A stretch of DNA of 64,000 nt from NCBI GenBank assembly GCA_963699925.1, contig CAVOVT010000005.1, forward strand, positions 130,612-194,611. Direction: 5' to 3'. Each line of letters opens with the position of its first letter. The first letter of the stretch is position 1. Positions 22,402 to 33,557 of this stretch are shown here, in pieces. The DNA comes from an uncultured Gammaproteobacteria bacterium (lineage in GTDB: Bacteria; Pseudomonadota; Gammaproteobacteria; Steroidobacterales; Rariloculaceae). A model generated the notes under the pieces. That model saw only the letters and a list, made by a program, of their open reading frames with translations. It had not been told where the DNA came from and searched no databases. The position numbers and the translations under genes are program-made.

Positions 22402-24561
22402 GGCTCCCCGCCGGGCAGTCGCGTATCGCGCCACAGCCGGAATCTGCGTTCGAACGTCCGGTCGACAGCCTCGCGGGCGTCGGGCCGAAGGTCGCCGAGC
22501 GCCTCGCGAAGCTCGGCGTGCGCACGATCGGCGACCTGCTCTGCCTGCTTCCGCAGCGCTACGAGGACCGCACGGCGATCGCGGCGATCGGCGCACTCGT
22601 GCCGGGCGAGAAGGCGCTGGTCGAGGGCACGATCGAGCTGGCGGAAGTCGCGATTCGGCGCCGCCGCTCGCTGCTTTGCCGCGTCGCCGACGGCACCGGC
22701 GCGGTCACGTTGCGCTTCTTCCACTTCACGCGCTCGCAGCAGGACACGCTGGTCCGCGGCGCGCGCGTGCGCTGCTACGGCGAGGTGCGTGCGGGCCCGA
22801 CCGGTCTCGAGATGGTCCATCCCGAGACGCGCGCGCTGACCGCGGCGGAGCCCGCGCCCGACTCGACGCTCACGCCGATCTATCCGAGCACCGAAGGGCT
22901 GCATCAAGCATTGCTGCGCCGGCTCGTCGGGCGGGCACTGGCCGTGCTCGAGCGTCAGCCGCTCGTCGACTACCTCGGCGACTTGCTCGACGGGCGGCGC
23001 GGAGCGGGCGGGACGCGGTCTGCACGCTCACCGGCCGCGGCCGACGCCGACGCGCCCGCGCTGTCCGCCGCGCTCGAGCTGCTCCATCGTCCGCCGCAGG
23101 ACGCGCCGACCGCGCTGCTCACGACGGGCCGTCATCCGGCCCAGCGCCGGATCGCGCTCGAGGAGCTGGTCGCGCAGCGGTTATCGCTCAGGGCTTCGGC
23201 GGACGCGATTCGGAGCGAGCGCTCGTGGCCGCTTCCCGAGCCGCGCGAGGCGCTCGCGCGCCTTCGGGGCGGTCTTCCGTTTCCGCTCACGCGCGCGCAG
23301 GAGCGGGCGTTCGCGGAGATCCTCGCGGACCTCGGCCGCGCAGACGCCGATGAACCGGCTGCTGCAAGGCGACGTAGGCTCGGGCAAGACCGTGGTCGCG
23401 GCGCTCGCTGCTCTCGTCGCGGCGGCCGCCGGCAAGCAGACCGCTGTGATGGCGCCGACCGAGCTGCTCGCCGAGCAGCACGCCGCGAGCTTCGGGCGCT
23501 GGCTCGGCGCGCTCAGGCTGCGGCGTCGCGACACTGCTCGGCTCGCAGAGCGCGCGCGAGCGTGCGGCGTCGCTCGACGCGATCGCCGCCGGCCGCGCTG
23601 CCGTCGCGATCGGCACGCACGCGCTGTTCCAGGAAGGCGTCGCGTTCGATCGGCTCGCGCTCGTGATCGTCGACGAGCAGCACCGCTTCGGCGTACAGCA
23701 GCGCCTGAGGCTCAAGCGGAAGGGCGAGCGCGAGGCGCGCACGCCGCACCAGCTGATCATGACCGCGACGCCGATCCCGCGGACGCTCGCGATGACCGCG
23801 TACGCGGATCTCGATTGCTCGGTGATCGACGAGCTGCCGCCGGGCCGCCAGCCCGTGCTGACCTCGGTGTTGCCCGAGAGCCGGCGCTCCGAGCTCGTCG
23901 AGCGTGTCGCGGCGCATTGCGCCACGGCGAAGCAGGCGTACTGGGTGTGTCCGTTGATCGACGAGTCCGAGGCCGTGGAGTCGAGCGCCGCGAGCGCGCT
24001 CGTCGAGGAGCTGCGCGCTGCTTTGCCGAAAGCGCGCGTCGGCCTGATTCACGGCCGCATGCGCGCGGCGGACAAGGAAGCGACGATGCGCGCGTTCAAG
24101 GCCGCCGAGCTCGATCTCCTCGTCGCGACGACGGTGATCGAGGTCGGCGTCGACGTGCCGAACGCCTCGCTGATGATCGTGGAGAACGCCGAGCGGATGG
24201 GCCTCGCGCAGCTGCATCAACTGCGCGGTCGCGTCGGCCGCGGCACCGCGGCCTCGCACTGCGTGCTGCTCTACAAACCGCCCTTGGGCCCGCTCGCTCG
24301 CGAGCGGCTCGGCGTGCTGCGGGCGACCACCGACGGCTTCGCGGTCGCGCAAAAGGATCTCGAGCTCCGCGGCCCGGGCGAGGTGCTCGGGACGCGGCAG
24401 ACCGGCGTGCTGCAGCTGCGCGTCGCCGATCTCGTGCGCGATGCGGATCTCTTGCCGCGCGTGATCGAGATTTCCGACGCCCTGCTCGAGAGCCATCCCG
24501 AGCGCGTCGCGCCGTTGATCCGGCGTTGGAGCCGCGGTGCAGGCCGAGTTCGCGAAGGTCT
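22398..24561 (+). CDS. recG: ATP-dependent DNA helicase RecG, frame-broken (>=4 breaks). The start codon is not identifiable.
   Basis: The sequence runs ..[35 protein letters not shown].., ..[17 protein letters not shown].., ..[11 protein letters not shown].., ..[13 protein letters not shown].., ..[12 protein letters not shown]... The likely stop is TAG ~24559-24561. Confidence 0.9.
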
Positions 24562-24711
24562 AGCGCGGGTCGCGAATTGCCGCCCACGCGCGCGCGCCCC
24601 TAGAATCGCGCGAGCATCGAGATTGCGGAGTCGCGGAGCGGCGTTGAACGAAAGTACGGAGAGCGAGGCACCGGCGAGGCACCGGCGAGCGCCACGGCGT
24701 TCACACGCACC

Positions 24712-25633
24712 GTGCGCATCGGCATTGCGCCCGCGCCGAAGCGATTGTCGCCTTGGGAGCTCGCGCGAATCCTCGCGAGCCACTATTCCCGCTACGGGCG
24801 CCTCATGCGCCTGCACCGGCCGATCGGCATCTGGCTGCTGCTGTTCCCGACGTTGTGGGCCGAGTGGATCGCGGCCGCGGGCAAGCCCCAGCAGCACGTG
24901 TTCCTGATCCTCGTCGTCGGCACGATCGTCGCGCGCTCGGCGGGCTGCGTGATCAACGACTTCGCCGACCGGCGGATCGACGCGCACGTCGAGCGCACCG
25001 CCGACCGGCCGCTGGCGACCGGCGAGGTCGCGCCGATCGAGGCGTTGTTGCTGTTCGCCGCGTTGATGCTGATCGCGCTCGGCCTCGTGCTCACGCTGAA
25101 CAGGCTCACCGTGCTGCTCGCGATCGTCGGGCGCGGCGGTCACGGTCGTGTACCCATTCATGAAGCGCTTCTTTTCGGCGCCGCAGTTCGTGCTCGGCAT
25201 CGCGTTCGCGTGGGGCGTGCCGATGGCGTTCGCGGCCGAGCTCGGGAGGGTGCCGAGGCTCGGCTGGCTCTTGTTCCTCGCGGCCGTGATATGGGTCGTC
25301 GTGTACGACACGCAGTACGCGATGGCCGACCGAGACGAAGACTTGGCGATAGGCGTGCGCTCGACCGCGATCCTGTTCGGCGACCTCGACCGGATCGTCG
25401 TCGGCGCGTTGCAGGTATTGCTGCTCGTGACGCTCGTGCTCGTCGGCCGCGACGCGCAGCTCGGCGCGTGGTACTGGGGCGGGCTCGTGGCCGGCTCGGC
25501 TTGCGCTTTCCATCAGCAGTATCTGCTCAAGGATCGCGAGCCGGGCTTCTGCTTCCGCGCGTTCGCGAACAACGCGTGGTTCGGAGCGAGCGTGTTCTGC
25601 GGGATCGTGCTCGACTATCTCTTCCGCGGCTGA
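24712..25633 (+). CDS. ubiA: 4-hydroxybenzoate polyprenyltransferase, one frame break near 25130.
   Basis: The sequence is ..LMRLHRPIGIWLLLFPTLWA..GCVINDFADRRIDAHVERTADRPLATG.. followed by ..VVYDTQYAMADRDEDLAIGVRSTAILFG... Confidence 0.9.
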
Positions 25634-25640
25634 CGGGCTC

Positions 25641-26309
25641 TCATTGCCCGCGCTCGAGCGTGCGCGCGACCGCCCAGACGTCGCAGCGCCCGGCGCCGGC
25701 GCCCCGCAGCGCGGCCGCGAACGCGTTCACGGTCGCACCGGTCGTCACGACGTCATCGACGACTGCGAGCCGCGCGCCTTCGAGATCGCGGTCGACCGCG
25801 AAAGCCGTCGCGACGTTCGCGAGCCTCTCTGCTGCGCCGCGACCGGCCTGCGCCACTTGCGTGCCCCGCCGATGGATCCCCGCGAGCAGCACCGGCCGCT
25901 CGAGCGCCCGGCCGAGCGTGCGTGCGATCTCCGCCGCCTGGTTGAAGCCGCGCTCGCGAAAGCGTCGCGCGTGCAGCGGCACCGGCACGAGCGCGTCGAC
26001 GTCGCGCGCCGCGTCGCGCAGGTCATCGATGACCGCGAGCGCGAGCGTGCGCCCGAGTCGGCGGGCCCCGCGGTACTTCAGCGCATGCACGTAGCCGTCG
26101 AGCGGGGCTGCATACGCGAACGGCGCCCGCACGCGCTCGACGTGCCACGTCCGCCCGCGGCGCGGGCAGCTCGCGACCGGCCGCTCGAGACCGCAGCGCT
26201 CGCACGCGTCGGCAACGCGCCGTAGGGCTGCGCGACAAACGGCGCAGAGGCCGGCGCGCGACGCCTCGGCGCAGCCGGGGCACACCTCCAAGAACAGCTG
26301 CTCGAGCAT
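25641..26309 (-). CDS. ComF-family phosphoribosyltransferase-domain protein.
   Basis: The ORF is an intact 222 aa. It has an N-terminal Cys-rich CPGC..CAVC..CERC region and a PRTase loop ..LAVVDDVVTTGATV... Confidence 0.8.
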   Translation of the reverse strand: MLEQLFLEVCPGCAEASRAGLCAVCRAALRRVADACERCGLERPVASCPRRGRTWHVERVRAPFAYAAPLDGYVHALKYRGARRLGRTLALAVIDDLRDAARDVDALVPVPLHARRFRERGFNQAAEIARTLGRALERPVLLAGIHRRGTQVAQAGRGAAERLANVATAFAVDRDLEGARLAVVDDVVTTGATVNAFAAALRGAGAGRCDVWAVARTLERGQ

Positions 26310-26414
26310 TCCGTCGCCGCCCGCCCATCGTCAACCAGGAGGGGCGCCGGAAGTTGACAGCCTCCCGGCGGGCCATGATGCTGGCCCGCGTCGACGGCCG
26401 GGCACGAGCACACA

Positions 26415-27413
26415 ATGTCTGCACTCGAGCGGGAAATCCTGGGTGACGCGCGCGTGGGCGCCGGGCCCCGCGGCGATTGGACGCAGGAGCAAGTCGAGGC
26501 GCTGTACGCGCTGCCGCTGAACGATCTGCTCTATGCGGCTCAGTGGGTGCACCGCCAGCACTTCGACCCGAACACGGTGCAGGTATCCACGCTGTTGTCG
26601 ATCAAGACCGGCGCGTGCCCGGAGGATTGCGCCTACTGCCCGCAAAGCATCCGCTTCGCGACCGACGTCGACACACATCCGCTGCTGTCGCTCGAGGAGG
26701 TCCGCGCGGCCGCACAGCGAGCGAAGGACTCGGGCGCCACGCGGTTTTGTATGGGCGCGTCCTACCGGGGGCCGAAGGACTCGCAGCTCGAGCCGATCGC
26801 CGAGATGATCGCGACCGTCAAGGAGCTGGGGCTCGAAACCTGCGCGACGCTCGGGCTTCTGAAGCCCGGGCAGGCCGAGCGGCTCGCGGAGGCCGGGCTC
26901 GACTACTACAACCACAACCTCGACTCGTCGGAGCAGTTTTACTCGAAGATCATCAGCACGCGGACCTATCGCGACCGGCTCGAGACGCTCGCGCGCGTGC
27001 GCGCGGCCGGGATCAAGGTCTGCTGCGGCGGCATCCTCGGCATGGGCGAGACGCGTAGCGATCGCGCCGCGCTGCTCCGGACGCTCGCGACGCTCGATCC
27101 GCAGCCCGAGAGCGTGCCGATCAACGACCTCGTGCCCGTGCCCGGCACGCCGCTCGCGGGCTCCGAAGCGCTCGATCCGTTCGAGTTCGTGCGCACGGTC
27201 GCGGTCGCGCGAATCCTGATGCCGCGCTCGCACGTGCGCCTGTCCGCGGGCCGAGCGAGCTTCAGCGACGAGCTACAGGCGCTTTGCTTCCTCGCAGGCG
27301 CAAACTCCATCTTCTATGGCGAGAAGCTGCTCACGACCGGCAATCCCGATACCGAGGCCGACCGGCGCCTGTTCGGCCGCTTGGGGCTCGCGCCCGAGCC
27401 GCGAGCCGGCTGA
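26415..27413 (+). CDS. bioB: Biotin synthase.
   Basis: The ORF is an intact 332 aa with the radical-SAM motif [11 protein letters not shown] and ..YNHNLDSS... Confidence 0.95.
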   Translation: MSALEREILGDARVGAGPRGDWTQEQVEALYALPLNDLLYAAQWVHRQHFDPNTVQVSTLLSIKTGACPEDCAYCPQSIRFATDVDTHPLLSLEEVRAAAQRAKDSGATRFCMGASYRGPKDSQLEPIAEMIATVKELGLETCATLGLLKPGQAERLAEAGLDYYNHNLDSSEQFYSKIISTRTYRDRLETLARVRAAGIKVCCGGILGMGETRSDRAALLRTLATLDPQPESVPINDLVPVPGTPLAGSEALDPFEFVRTVAVARILMPRSHVRLSAGRASFSDELQALCFLAGANSIFYGEKLLTTGNPDTEADRRLFGRLGLAPEPRAG

Positions 27414-27461
27414 GCACGCCCGCGCGCGAGCGCGCGTCGACGCCCGCGAGCGAAGCCCGCG

Positions 27462-28340
27462 ATGAGCGTGAGCCTCGACAGCGCGCTTCCCGAAGCGGGC
27501 GCGACCCGGCGCGCGTTCGACCGAGCCACGAGCTTCGACGACGCGAGCTTCGTTCACGACGAGACGCGGCGGCGGCTGCTCGAGCGCCTCGATCTCTTCG
27601 ATCTCGCACCGCGCGTCGCCGTCGACCTCGGCTGTGCGACGGGTCGCGGCGCGCTCGCGCTCGCAAGCCGGTATCCCGGCGCCCGCGTGCTCGCGGTCGA
27701 CTCGAGTGCGGCCATGCTGCGCGCCGCGCGTGTGCGCGCCGGCGCCGCGCCGTCGGTCGCGGCGCTCGGCGGCGACGCGCAACGGCTGCCGCTGCGCGAT
27801 CAGTGCGTGCAGCTGATCCTCGCGAACCTCGTGTTGCCCTGGTGCCGGCCGCCGGCGCTGTTCGCGGAGGCCGCGCGCGTGCTCGCGGAGGGTGGCCTGC
27901 TGCTCTTCGCTACGCTCGGCCCGGACTCGCTGCGCGAGCTCCGAGCGGCCTGGGGCGCCGTCGACTCCGCGCTGCACGTGCACGCGGCTTTCGACTTGCA
28001 GGACGTGGGCGACCTCGCGCTCGCGGCGGGGCTCGCCGAGCCCGTGATCGACGTCGACCGGCTCGAGGTCACCTATTCGAGCGTCGCGAGGCTCGTGGCT
28101 GACTTGCGCTCATGCGCGGCCGTGAACGTCGCGGCCGGCCGGCGCCGCGGGCTAACCGGCCCTCGGCGCTGGCATGCGTTCGAGCGCTCGCTCGCGGGCA
28201 GTGGCGGCGGTGCCCGCTTCGCGATCACGCTCGAGCTCGTGCTGGGCCAAGCGTGGGGGAGCGGACCGCGTCAGATGCGCCGTGGCGAGGGGTCCGCCGA
28301 GATCGCCGTCCCGCTCGCGACTTTGCGGAGGCGCGCATAG
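27462..28340 (+). CDS. bioC: Malonyl-ACP O-methyltransferase-like SAM-dependent methyltransferase.
   Basis: The ORF is an intact 292 aa. It has a SAM motif ..VAVDLGCATGRG.., ..LILANLVLPW.., and lies directly after bioB. Confidence 0.75.
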   Translation: MSVSLDSALPEAGATRRAFDRATSFDDASFVHDETRRRLLERLDLFDLAPRVAVDLGCATGRGALALASRYPGARVLAVDSSAAMLRAARVRAGAAPSVAALGGDAQRLPLRDQCVQLILANLVLPWCRPPALFAEAARVLAEGGLLLFATLGPDSLRELRAAWGAVDSALHVHAAFDLQDVGDLALAAGLAEPVIDVDRLEVTYSSVARLVADLRSCAAVNVAAGRRRGLTGPRRWHAFERSLAGSGGGARFAITLELVLGQAWGSGPRQMRRGEGSAEIAVPLATLRRRA

Positions 28341-28416
28341 GCAACTAGGTCGCCTGCACAACCGGCGCTCGCGTCGACTCTGCTAGAATGCGCGCCGCAC
28401 GCGCGCGGAGCGCGCG

Positions 28417-29298
28417 GTGCTCCGCCGGATCAACAACTCTGCAGGATGCATGACGATTATTGGTTTCAGCGCTGACCGCGCACGTGGCCGCGCCCAATGG
28501 CTATTGGGGACGCTGGCCAGCCTCGCCGGGTCGCCCGCCTGGGCCGACTACAAGCTCAACATGCCGGAAGGCGTCACGACGACGAGCCGCGAGATCTACG
28601 ATCTCCACATGCTCGTGTTCTGGGTTTGCGCGCTGATCGCGCTCGGCGTCTATGGCGCCATGGTCTACGCGATCGTGAAGTTCCGGAAGTCGGCCGGAGC
28701 CAAGCCGGCCAAGTTCTCGCACAACACGACGATCGAGGTGGTCTGGACCGTGATCCCGGCCGTGATCCTCGTCGCGCTCGCGGTGCCGGCAGCCGAGACG
28801 CTGATCCGGATGAACGACACGCGCGAACGCGCAACTCACGATCAAGGTCACGGGCTATCCAGTGGCGCTGGCAATACGACTACCTCGACGACGGCGTGAA
28901 GTTCTTCAGCGTGCTCGACCGCAAGAGCAACGCCGCGCGTCAGCTGCACTCGGGCATCGACCCGAAGACCGTCGAGAACTATCTGCTCGAGGTCGACAAG
29001 CCGATGGTCGTGCCGGTGAACACGAAGGTCCGCCTGCTCGTGACGGCGGCCGACGTGATCCACTCGTGGTGGGTGCCGGTGTTCGCCGTCAAGCAGGACG
29101 CGATCCCGGGCTACATCAACGAAGTCTGGTTCACCGCCCGCGAGGAAGGCACGTACCGCGGCCAGTGCGTCGAGCTCTGCGGCATGGACCATGGCTTCAT
29201 GCCGATCGTCGTGAACGTGCTCGAGCCGCACCGATTACGACAAGTGGCTCGCGTCGCAGAAAGCCGCGGCGCAGACCTCGCAGAACTTAGGGCAATGA
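28417..29298 (+). CDS. coxB: aa3-type cytochrome c oxidase subunit II, frame-broken (~2-3 breaks near 28830 and 29230).
   Basis: It has two TM helices followed by ..YQWRWQYDY... The CuA site reads ..VIHSWWVP..YRGQCVELCGMDHGFMP... An alternative start is ATG 28450. Confidence 0.9.
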
Positions 29299-29350
29299 GC
29301 GGACAGGTAAACGGCGCAACGGAGCGCGCGCGCAAGCACAGGGAACAGCC

Positions 29351-30965
29351 ATGAGCAGCACCGCATTCGACACCCACGGCCACGGCCAAGATCACACGCA
29401 CGGCACGCACGGCCACAAGCCGACCGGCTTGGTTCCGTGGCTCCTGCGCTGGGTCACGACGACCAATCACAAGGACATCGGCACGCTGTACCTCTGTTTC
29501 AGCTTGCTGATGCTGTTCGTCGGCGGCGGCATGGCGATGATGATCCGTGCCGAGCTGCTCCAGCCGGGGCTTCAGTTCCTGAACCCGGTGCGCTTCAACC
29601 AGATGACCACGGTCCACGCGCTCGTGATGATCTTCGGCATGATCATGCCGGCGTTCGCGGGCTTCGCGAATTGGATGGTGCCGCTGCAGATCGGCGCGCC
29701 CGACATGGCGCTGCCGCGTCTCAACAACTGGTCGTTCTGGCTGCTGCCGTTCGCGAGCACGCTGCTGCTCCTCACGCTGTTCCTGCCGGGCGGCGGCGCC
29801 CGCGGGCGGCTGGACGATGTATCCGCCGCTCGTGCTGCAAACTGGCGACGCGTTCCCGTTCCTGATCTTCGCCGTGCACTTGCTCGGCGTGTCGTCGATC
29901 CTCGCCGCGATCAACATCATCGTGACGATCATGAACCTGCGCGCGCCCGGCATGTCGCTGCTCAAGATGCCGATGTTCACCTGGACGTGGCTGATCACGG
30001 CGTACTTGCTGTTGCTCGCGATGCCGGTGCTCGCGGGCGGTGTGACGATGCTGCTCACGGACCGCTTCTTCGGCACGAGCTTTTTCTCGGCGGCCGGCGG
30101 CGGCGACCCGGTGCTGTTCCAGCACGTCTTCTGGTTCTTCGGCCACCCCGAGGTGTACGTCATCATCCTGCCGGCGTTCGGCATCATCTCCGAGGTGATC
30201 CCGACGTTCTCGCGCAAGCCGCTGTTCGGCTATGCGGCGATGGTCTACGCGACTGCGAGCATCGCGTTCTTGTCGCTCGTCGTCTGGGCACACCACATGT
30301 TCACGGTCGGCATGCCGCTCGCGGGGCAGCTGTTCTTCATGCTCACGACGATGATCATTGCGGTACCGACCGGCGTGAAGGTGTTCAACTGGACCGCGAC
30401 GCTGTGGAAGGGCTCGCTGTCGTTCGAGACGCCGATGCTGTTCGCGCTCGCGTTCTTGTTCCTGTTCACGCTCGGCGGCTTTTCGGGACTGATGCTCGCG
30501 ATCGTGCCGGCCGACATCCAGTATCACGACACCTACTTCGTCGTCGCACACTTCCACTACGTGCTCGTGCCGGGGGCGCTGTTCGGGGCCTTCGCGGGAA
30601 CCTACTACTGGCTGCCGAAGTGGACCGGCCACATGTACGACGAGAAGCTCGGCAAGCTGCACTTCTGGCTCACCGTGATCTTCGTGAACGTCACGTTCTT
30701 CCCGCAGCACTTCCTCGGTCTCGCGGGCATGCCGCGCCGGATCCCGGACTACTCGCCGCAATTCGCCGACTTCAACTTCATCTCGAGCATCGGCGCCTTC
30801 GGCCTCGGGCTCTCGCAGCTGATATTCGTCTACGTGATCATCAAGTGCGCGCGCGGCGGGCCGAAAGCGACGGCACAAGTTTGGGAAGGCGCGCACGGTC
30901 TCGAGTGGACGGTGCCCTCGCCCGCGCCGCACCACACGTTCGAAGATCCGCCGGAGATCAAGTGA
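29351..30965 (+). CDS. coxA: aa3-type cytochrome c oxidase subunit I, one frame break near 29800.
   Basis: The sequence is ..TTNHKDIGTLYL..GGGDPVLFQHVFWFFGHPEVYVIILPAFG..WAHHMFTVGM..YFVVAHFHYVL... Confidence 0.95.
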
Positions 30966-31132
30966 CGAGCGCGCGGTCTACCTCGCAGCCCGGCCAGGCG
31001 CGAAGCTCGGACGGGCGCGGCGGCGCGTCCCACGCGCGGATCAAGCGAACCGCGTGGCTGCTCGCGACGTTCGCGGTCGTGTTCTACGTCGGCTACATCG
31101 CCTATTACTTCTTGCGCAGCGGCGGAGGCTGA
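30962..31132 (+). CDS. Small single-TM protein between coxA and ctaG, matching the type annotated as cytochrome oxidase small assembly protein.
   Basis: The GTG start overlaps the coxA stop (GTGA). The sequence is ..RIKRTAWLLATFAVVFYVGYIAYYFLRSGGG. The assignment rests on position and size. Confidence 0.5.
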   Translation: MTSARSTSQPGQARSSDGRGGASHARIKRTAWLLATFAVVFYVGYIAYYFLRSGGG

Positions 31133-31136
31133 GGGC

Positions 31137-31661
31137 ATGCGCCGCGCAGCCGATCGCAGCCTGGGGCTGAAGCTAGCGGCCATCGTCGCCGCGATGTTCG
31201 CGTTCGGTTTCGCGCTCGTGCCGCTCTATGGCGCGTTCTGCTCGCTCACGGGCTTCGGCGGCAAGACCGCGGGAGCCGCGTCGGCCGCGCAGCTCGACGT
31301 CGAGCCCGATCCGACCCGCACGGTGCGCGTGGAATTCGTCGGGTCGCTGCCGCGCGGCGCGCCGTGGGAATTCGCTCCGGACGAGACGCATCTCGACGTG
31401 CACCCCGGCGAGCTCTACGTGACGCACTTCCACGCAACAAATCTCACGGGCCGCGCGCTCGTCGCGCAGGCCGTGCCGAGCATCGCGCCGGGCACAGCCG
31501 CTCGTCACTTCCGCAAGACAGAATGCTTCTGCTTCACGCAGCAGGCGTTCGCGCCGCACGAGAGCCGCGAGCTCAAGGTTGCGTTCATGGTCGCGCCCGA
31601 TTTGCCGGCAGACGTCGACGCGCTCACCCTTTCGTACACTTTTTTCACCGCACCGCAGTAG
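31137..31661 (+). CDS. ctaG: Cytochrome c oxidase assembly protein CtaG/Cox11.
   Basis: The ORF is an intact 174 aa with ..HFRKTECFCFTQQ... Confidence 0.9.
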   Translation: MRRAADRSLGLKLAAIVAAMFAFGFALVPLYGAFCSLTGFGGKTAGAASAAQLDVEPDPTRTVRVEFVGSLPRGAPWEFAPDETHLDVHPGELYVTHFHATNLTGRALVAQAVPSIAPGTAARHFRKTECFCFTQQAFAPHESRELKVAFMVAPDLPADVDALTLSYTFFTAPQ

Positions 31662-31674
31662 AAGGACCGACGTT

Positions 31675-32553
31675 GTGACTACCCCGGCCACGACCGCCCA
31701 CGCTCACGACCACTATTACGTGCCGCACGGCACACGCTGGCCGATCTTCGGGTCGATCGGGCTGTTCACGCTGATGACGGGCACGGCGCTCTGGCTCAAC
31801 GACTTCAAGGTCGGGCCGTGGCTCATGCTCGTCGGGTTCGGATTCGTGGTCTTCATGCTGTTCGCGTGGTTCGGCAACGTGATCGGCGAGAGCGAGGGGG
31901 GCCTCTACAACAAGCAGGTCGATTCCTCGTTCCGTTGGGGCATGAGCTGGTTCATCTTCTCCGAGGTCATCTTCTTCGGCGTGTTCTTCGGCACGCTGTT
32001 CTATGCGCGCGAGCTCGTGGTGCCGTGGCTCGCGGGCGAAGGCGATAACTTCCTGACGAACCTATTGATCTGGCCCGGTTTCGAGAACACGTGGCCGTCG
32101 GCGGGCCCGGCGGGTCCGCACGTCGAGCGGATGGCCGCCTGGGGCATCCCGACGATCAATACCGCTCTGCTGCTCTCGAGCGGCGTCACGATCACGATCG
32201 CGCATCACATGCTGCGCCACGGCAAGCGCGGCGCACTCGCGTTCTGGCTCGCGGCCACGTTCATCCTCGGCTTCGTGTTCCTCGGCCTACAGGCTCGCGA
32301 GTACATCCACGCGTACACCGAGCTCGGCCTCAAGCTCGACACCGGAATCTACGGCGCGACGTTCTTCATGCTGACCGGCTTTCACGGCCTGCACGTCACG
32401 CTCGGCGCGATCATGCTCGTCGTGATCTGGCTGCGCGTGCTGCGCGGGCACTTCAGGCCCGACCATCACTTCGCGTTCGAGGCGGTCGCCTGGTATTGGC
32501 ACTTCGTCGACGTGGTCTGGCTCGGGCTGTTCTTCTTCGTCTATTGGGTATAG
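31675..32553 (+). CDS. coxC: aa3-type cytochrome c oxidase subunit III.
   Basis: The ORF is intact, starting at GTG 31675 with GAAGGA upstream. The sequence is ..FFMLTGFHGLHVTLG..AVAWYWHFVDVVWLGLF... Confidence 0.9.
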   Translation: MTTPATTAHAHDHYYVPHGTRWPIFGSIGLFTLMTGTALWLNDFKVGPWLMLVGFGFVVFMLFAWFGNVIGESEGGLYNKQVDSSFRWGMSWFIFSEVIFFGVFFGTLFYARELVVPWLAGEGDNFLTNLLIWPGFENTWPSAGPAGPHVERMAAWGIPTINTALLLSSGVTITIAHHMLRHGKRGALAFWLAATFILGFVFLGLQAREYIHAYTELGLKLDTGIYGATFFMLTGFHGLHVTLGAIMLVVIWLRVLRGHFRPDHHFAFEAVAWYWHFVDVVWLGLFFFVYWV

Positions 32554-32580
32554 GCGCCGGCCAAAGGCTGCGCGCCGCGA

Positions 32581-32772
32581 TCAGCCACCGAGCCCATGCG
32601 GCTGAAGCCAACCCGCCCACCACGCGAGCATCAGCAGCGCGAAGAACAGCACGGAGATCCCGACGCGCAGCGTGAGCGCGCGCAGCACGGAGTCGGAGCG
32701 GCCGCGCCGGAACGCGAGCACGGCCGCCAGCAGCGCCGCGAGCATGGCGGCGAAGAACACCGTCGCTATCAT
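32581..32772 (-). CDS. Twin-TM small protein (DUF2909-like).
   Basis: The ORF is 63 aa with two hydrophobic helices. It lies on the opposite strand between coxC and SURF1, the usual place for this family. Confidence 0.6.
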   Translation of the reverse strand: MIATVFFAAMLAALLAAVLAFRRGRSDSVLRALTLRVGISVLFFALLMLAWWAGWLQPHGLGG

Positions 32773-32810
32773 CGGACTCCCATGTTTGAGCCTACGGCGA
32801 AAATTCTAAC

Positions 32811-33557
32811 GTGAGCGCGCGCGCGGGGCTCGTCCGCACGGTCGTCGCGATCGCCGGCCTGCTCGCGCTCGCGGGCGCCTGCGGCTGGCTCTCTGCGTGG
32901 CAGCTGCGGCGAGCGGCCGAGAGCCGCGAGGTTTCGGCCCGCTTCGCGGCCGCGGCGCAGGCGTCCGCGCTCGACGCCGCTCCCGACGCGCTGACCGAGG
33001 AGCTGCGCTTCACGCGCGTCGCGCTCGCCGGCCGCTACGTGGCCGAGCCGCAAATCCTGCTCGACGGCCGCGTCCACGACGACGCCGCGGGCTACGAAGT
33101 GCTCACGGCGCTCGAGCTCGCGGACGGACGCAACGTGCTCGTGAACCGCGGCTGGATCCGCGCCGATCCGGACCGGCGCGTGCTGCCCGACGTGAGCGTC
33201 GACGGCGAGCAGCGCGAGGTCCGCGGGCGGCTCGAGCGCCTGCCGCGTGCCGGCCTCAGGCTCGGCGCACCCATGGCGGGCGGGCACTCCGGCGGTCCGG
33301 TGATCGTCGCGCTCTACCCGACGGCGGCCGACATCGCCCGCTGGCTCCATGCGCCGGTCCAGGACTACGAGCTGCTGCTCGATGCCGACGCGAACGACGG
33401 GTACGTCCGCGATTGGCAGGCGCCCGTGATGAGCCCGGAGCGGCATCTCGCGTACGCGGGCCAGTGGCTACTGTTCGGGCTCGGCTCGATCGCGGCTGCG
33501 GTCGCGGTCGCGCGCTCGGCGCGCGCGAGCCGCACGCCGGAGGACCCCGCGTCGTGA
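32811..33557 (+). CDS. SURF1-family cytochrome oxidase biogenesis protein.
   Basis: The ORF is an intact 248 aa: ..WQLRR..YEVLTALELADGRNVLVNRGWI..HLAYAGQW... Confidence 0.85.
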   Translation: MSARAGLVRTVVAIAGLLALAGACGWLSAWQLRRAAESREVSARFAAAAQASALDAAPDALTEELRFTRVALAGRYVAEPQILLDGRVHDDAAGYEVLTALELADGRNVLVNRGWIRADPDRRVLPDVSVDGEQREVRGRLERLPRAGLRLGAPMAGGHSGGPVIVALYPTAADIARWLHAPVQDYELLLDADANDGYVRDWQAPVMSPERHLAYAGQWLLFGLGSIAAAVAVARSARASRTPEDPAS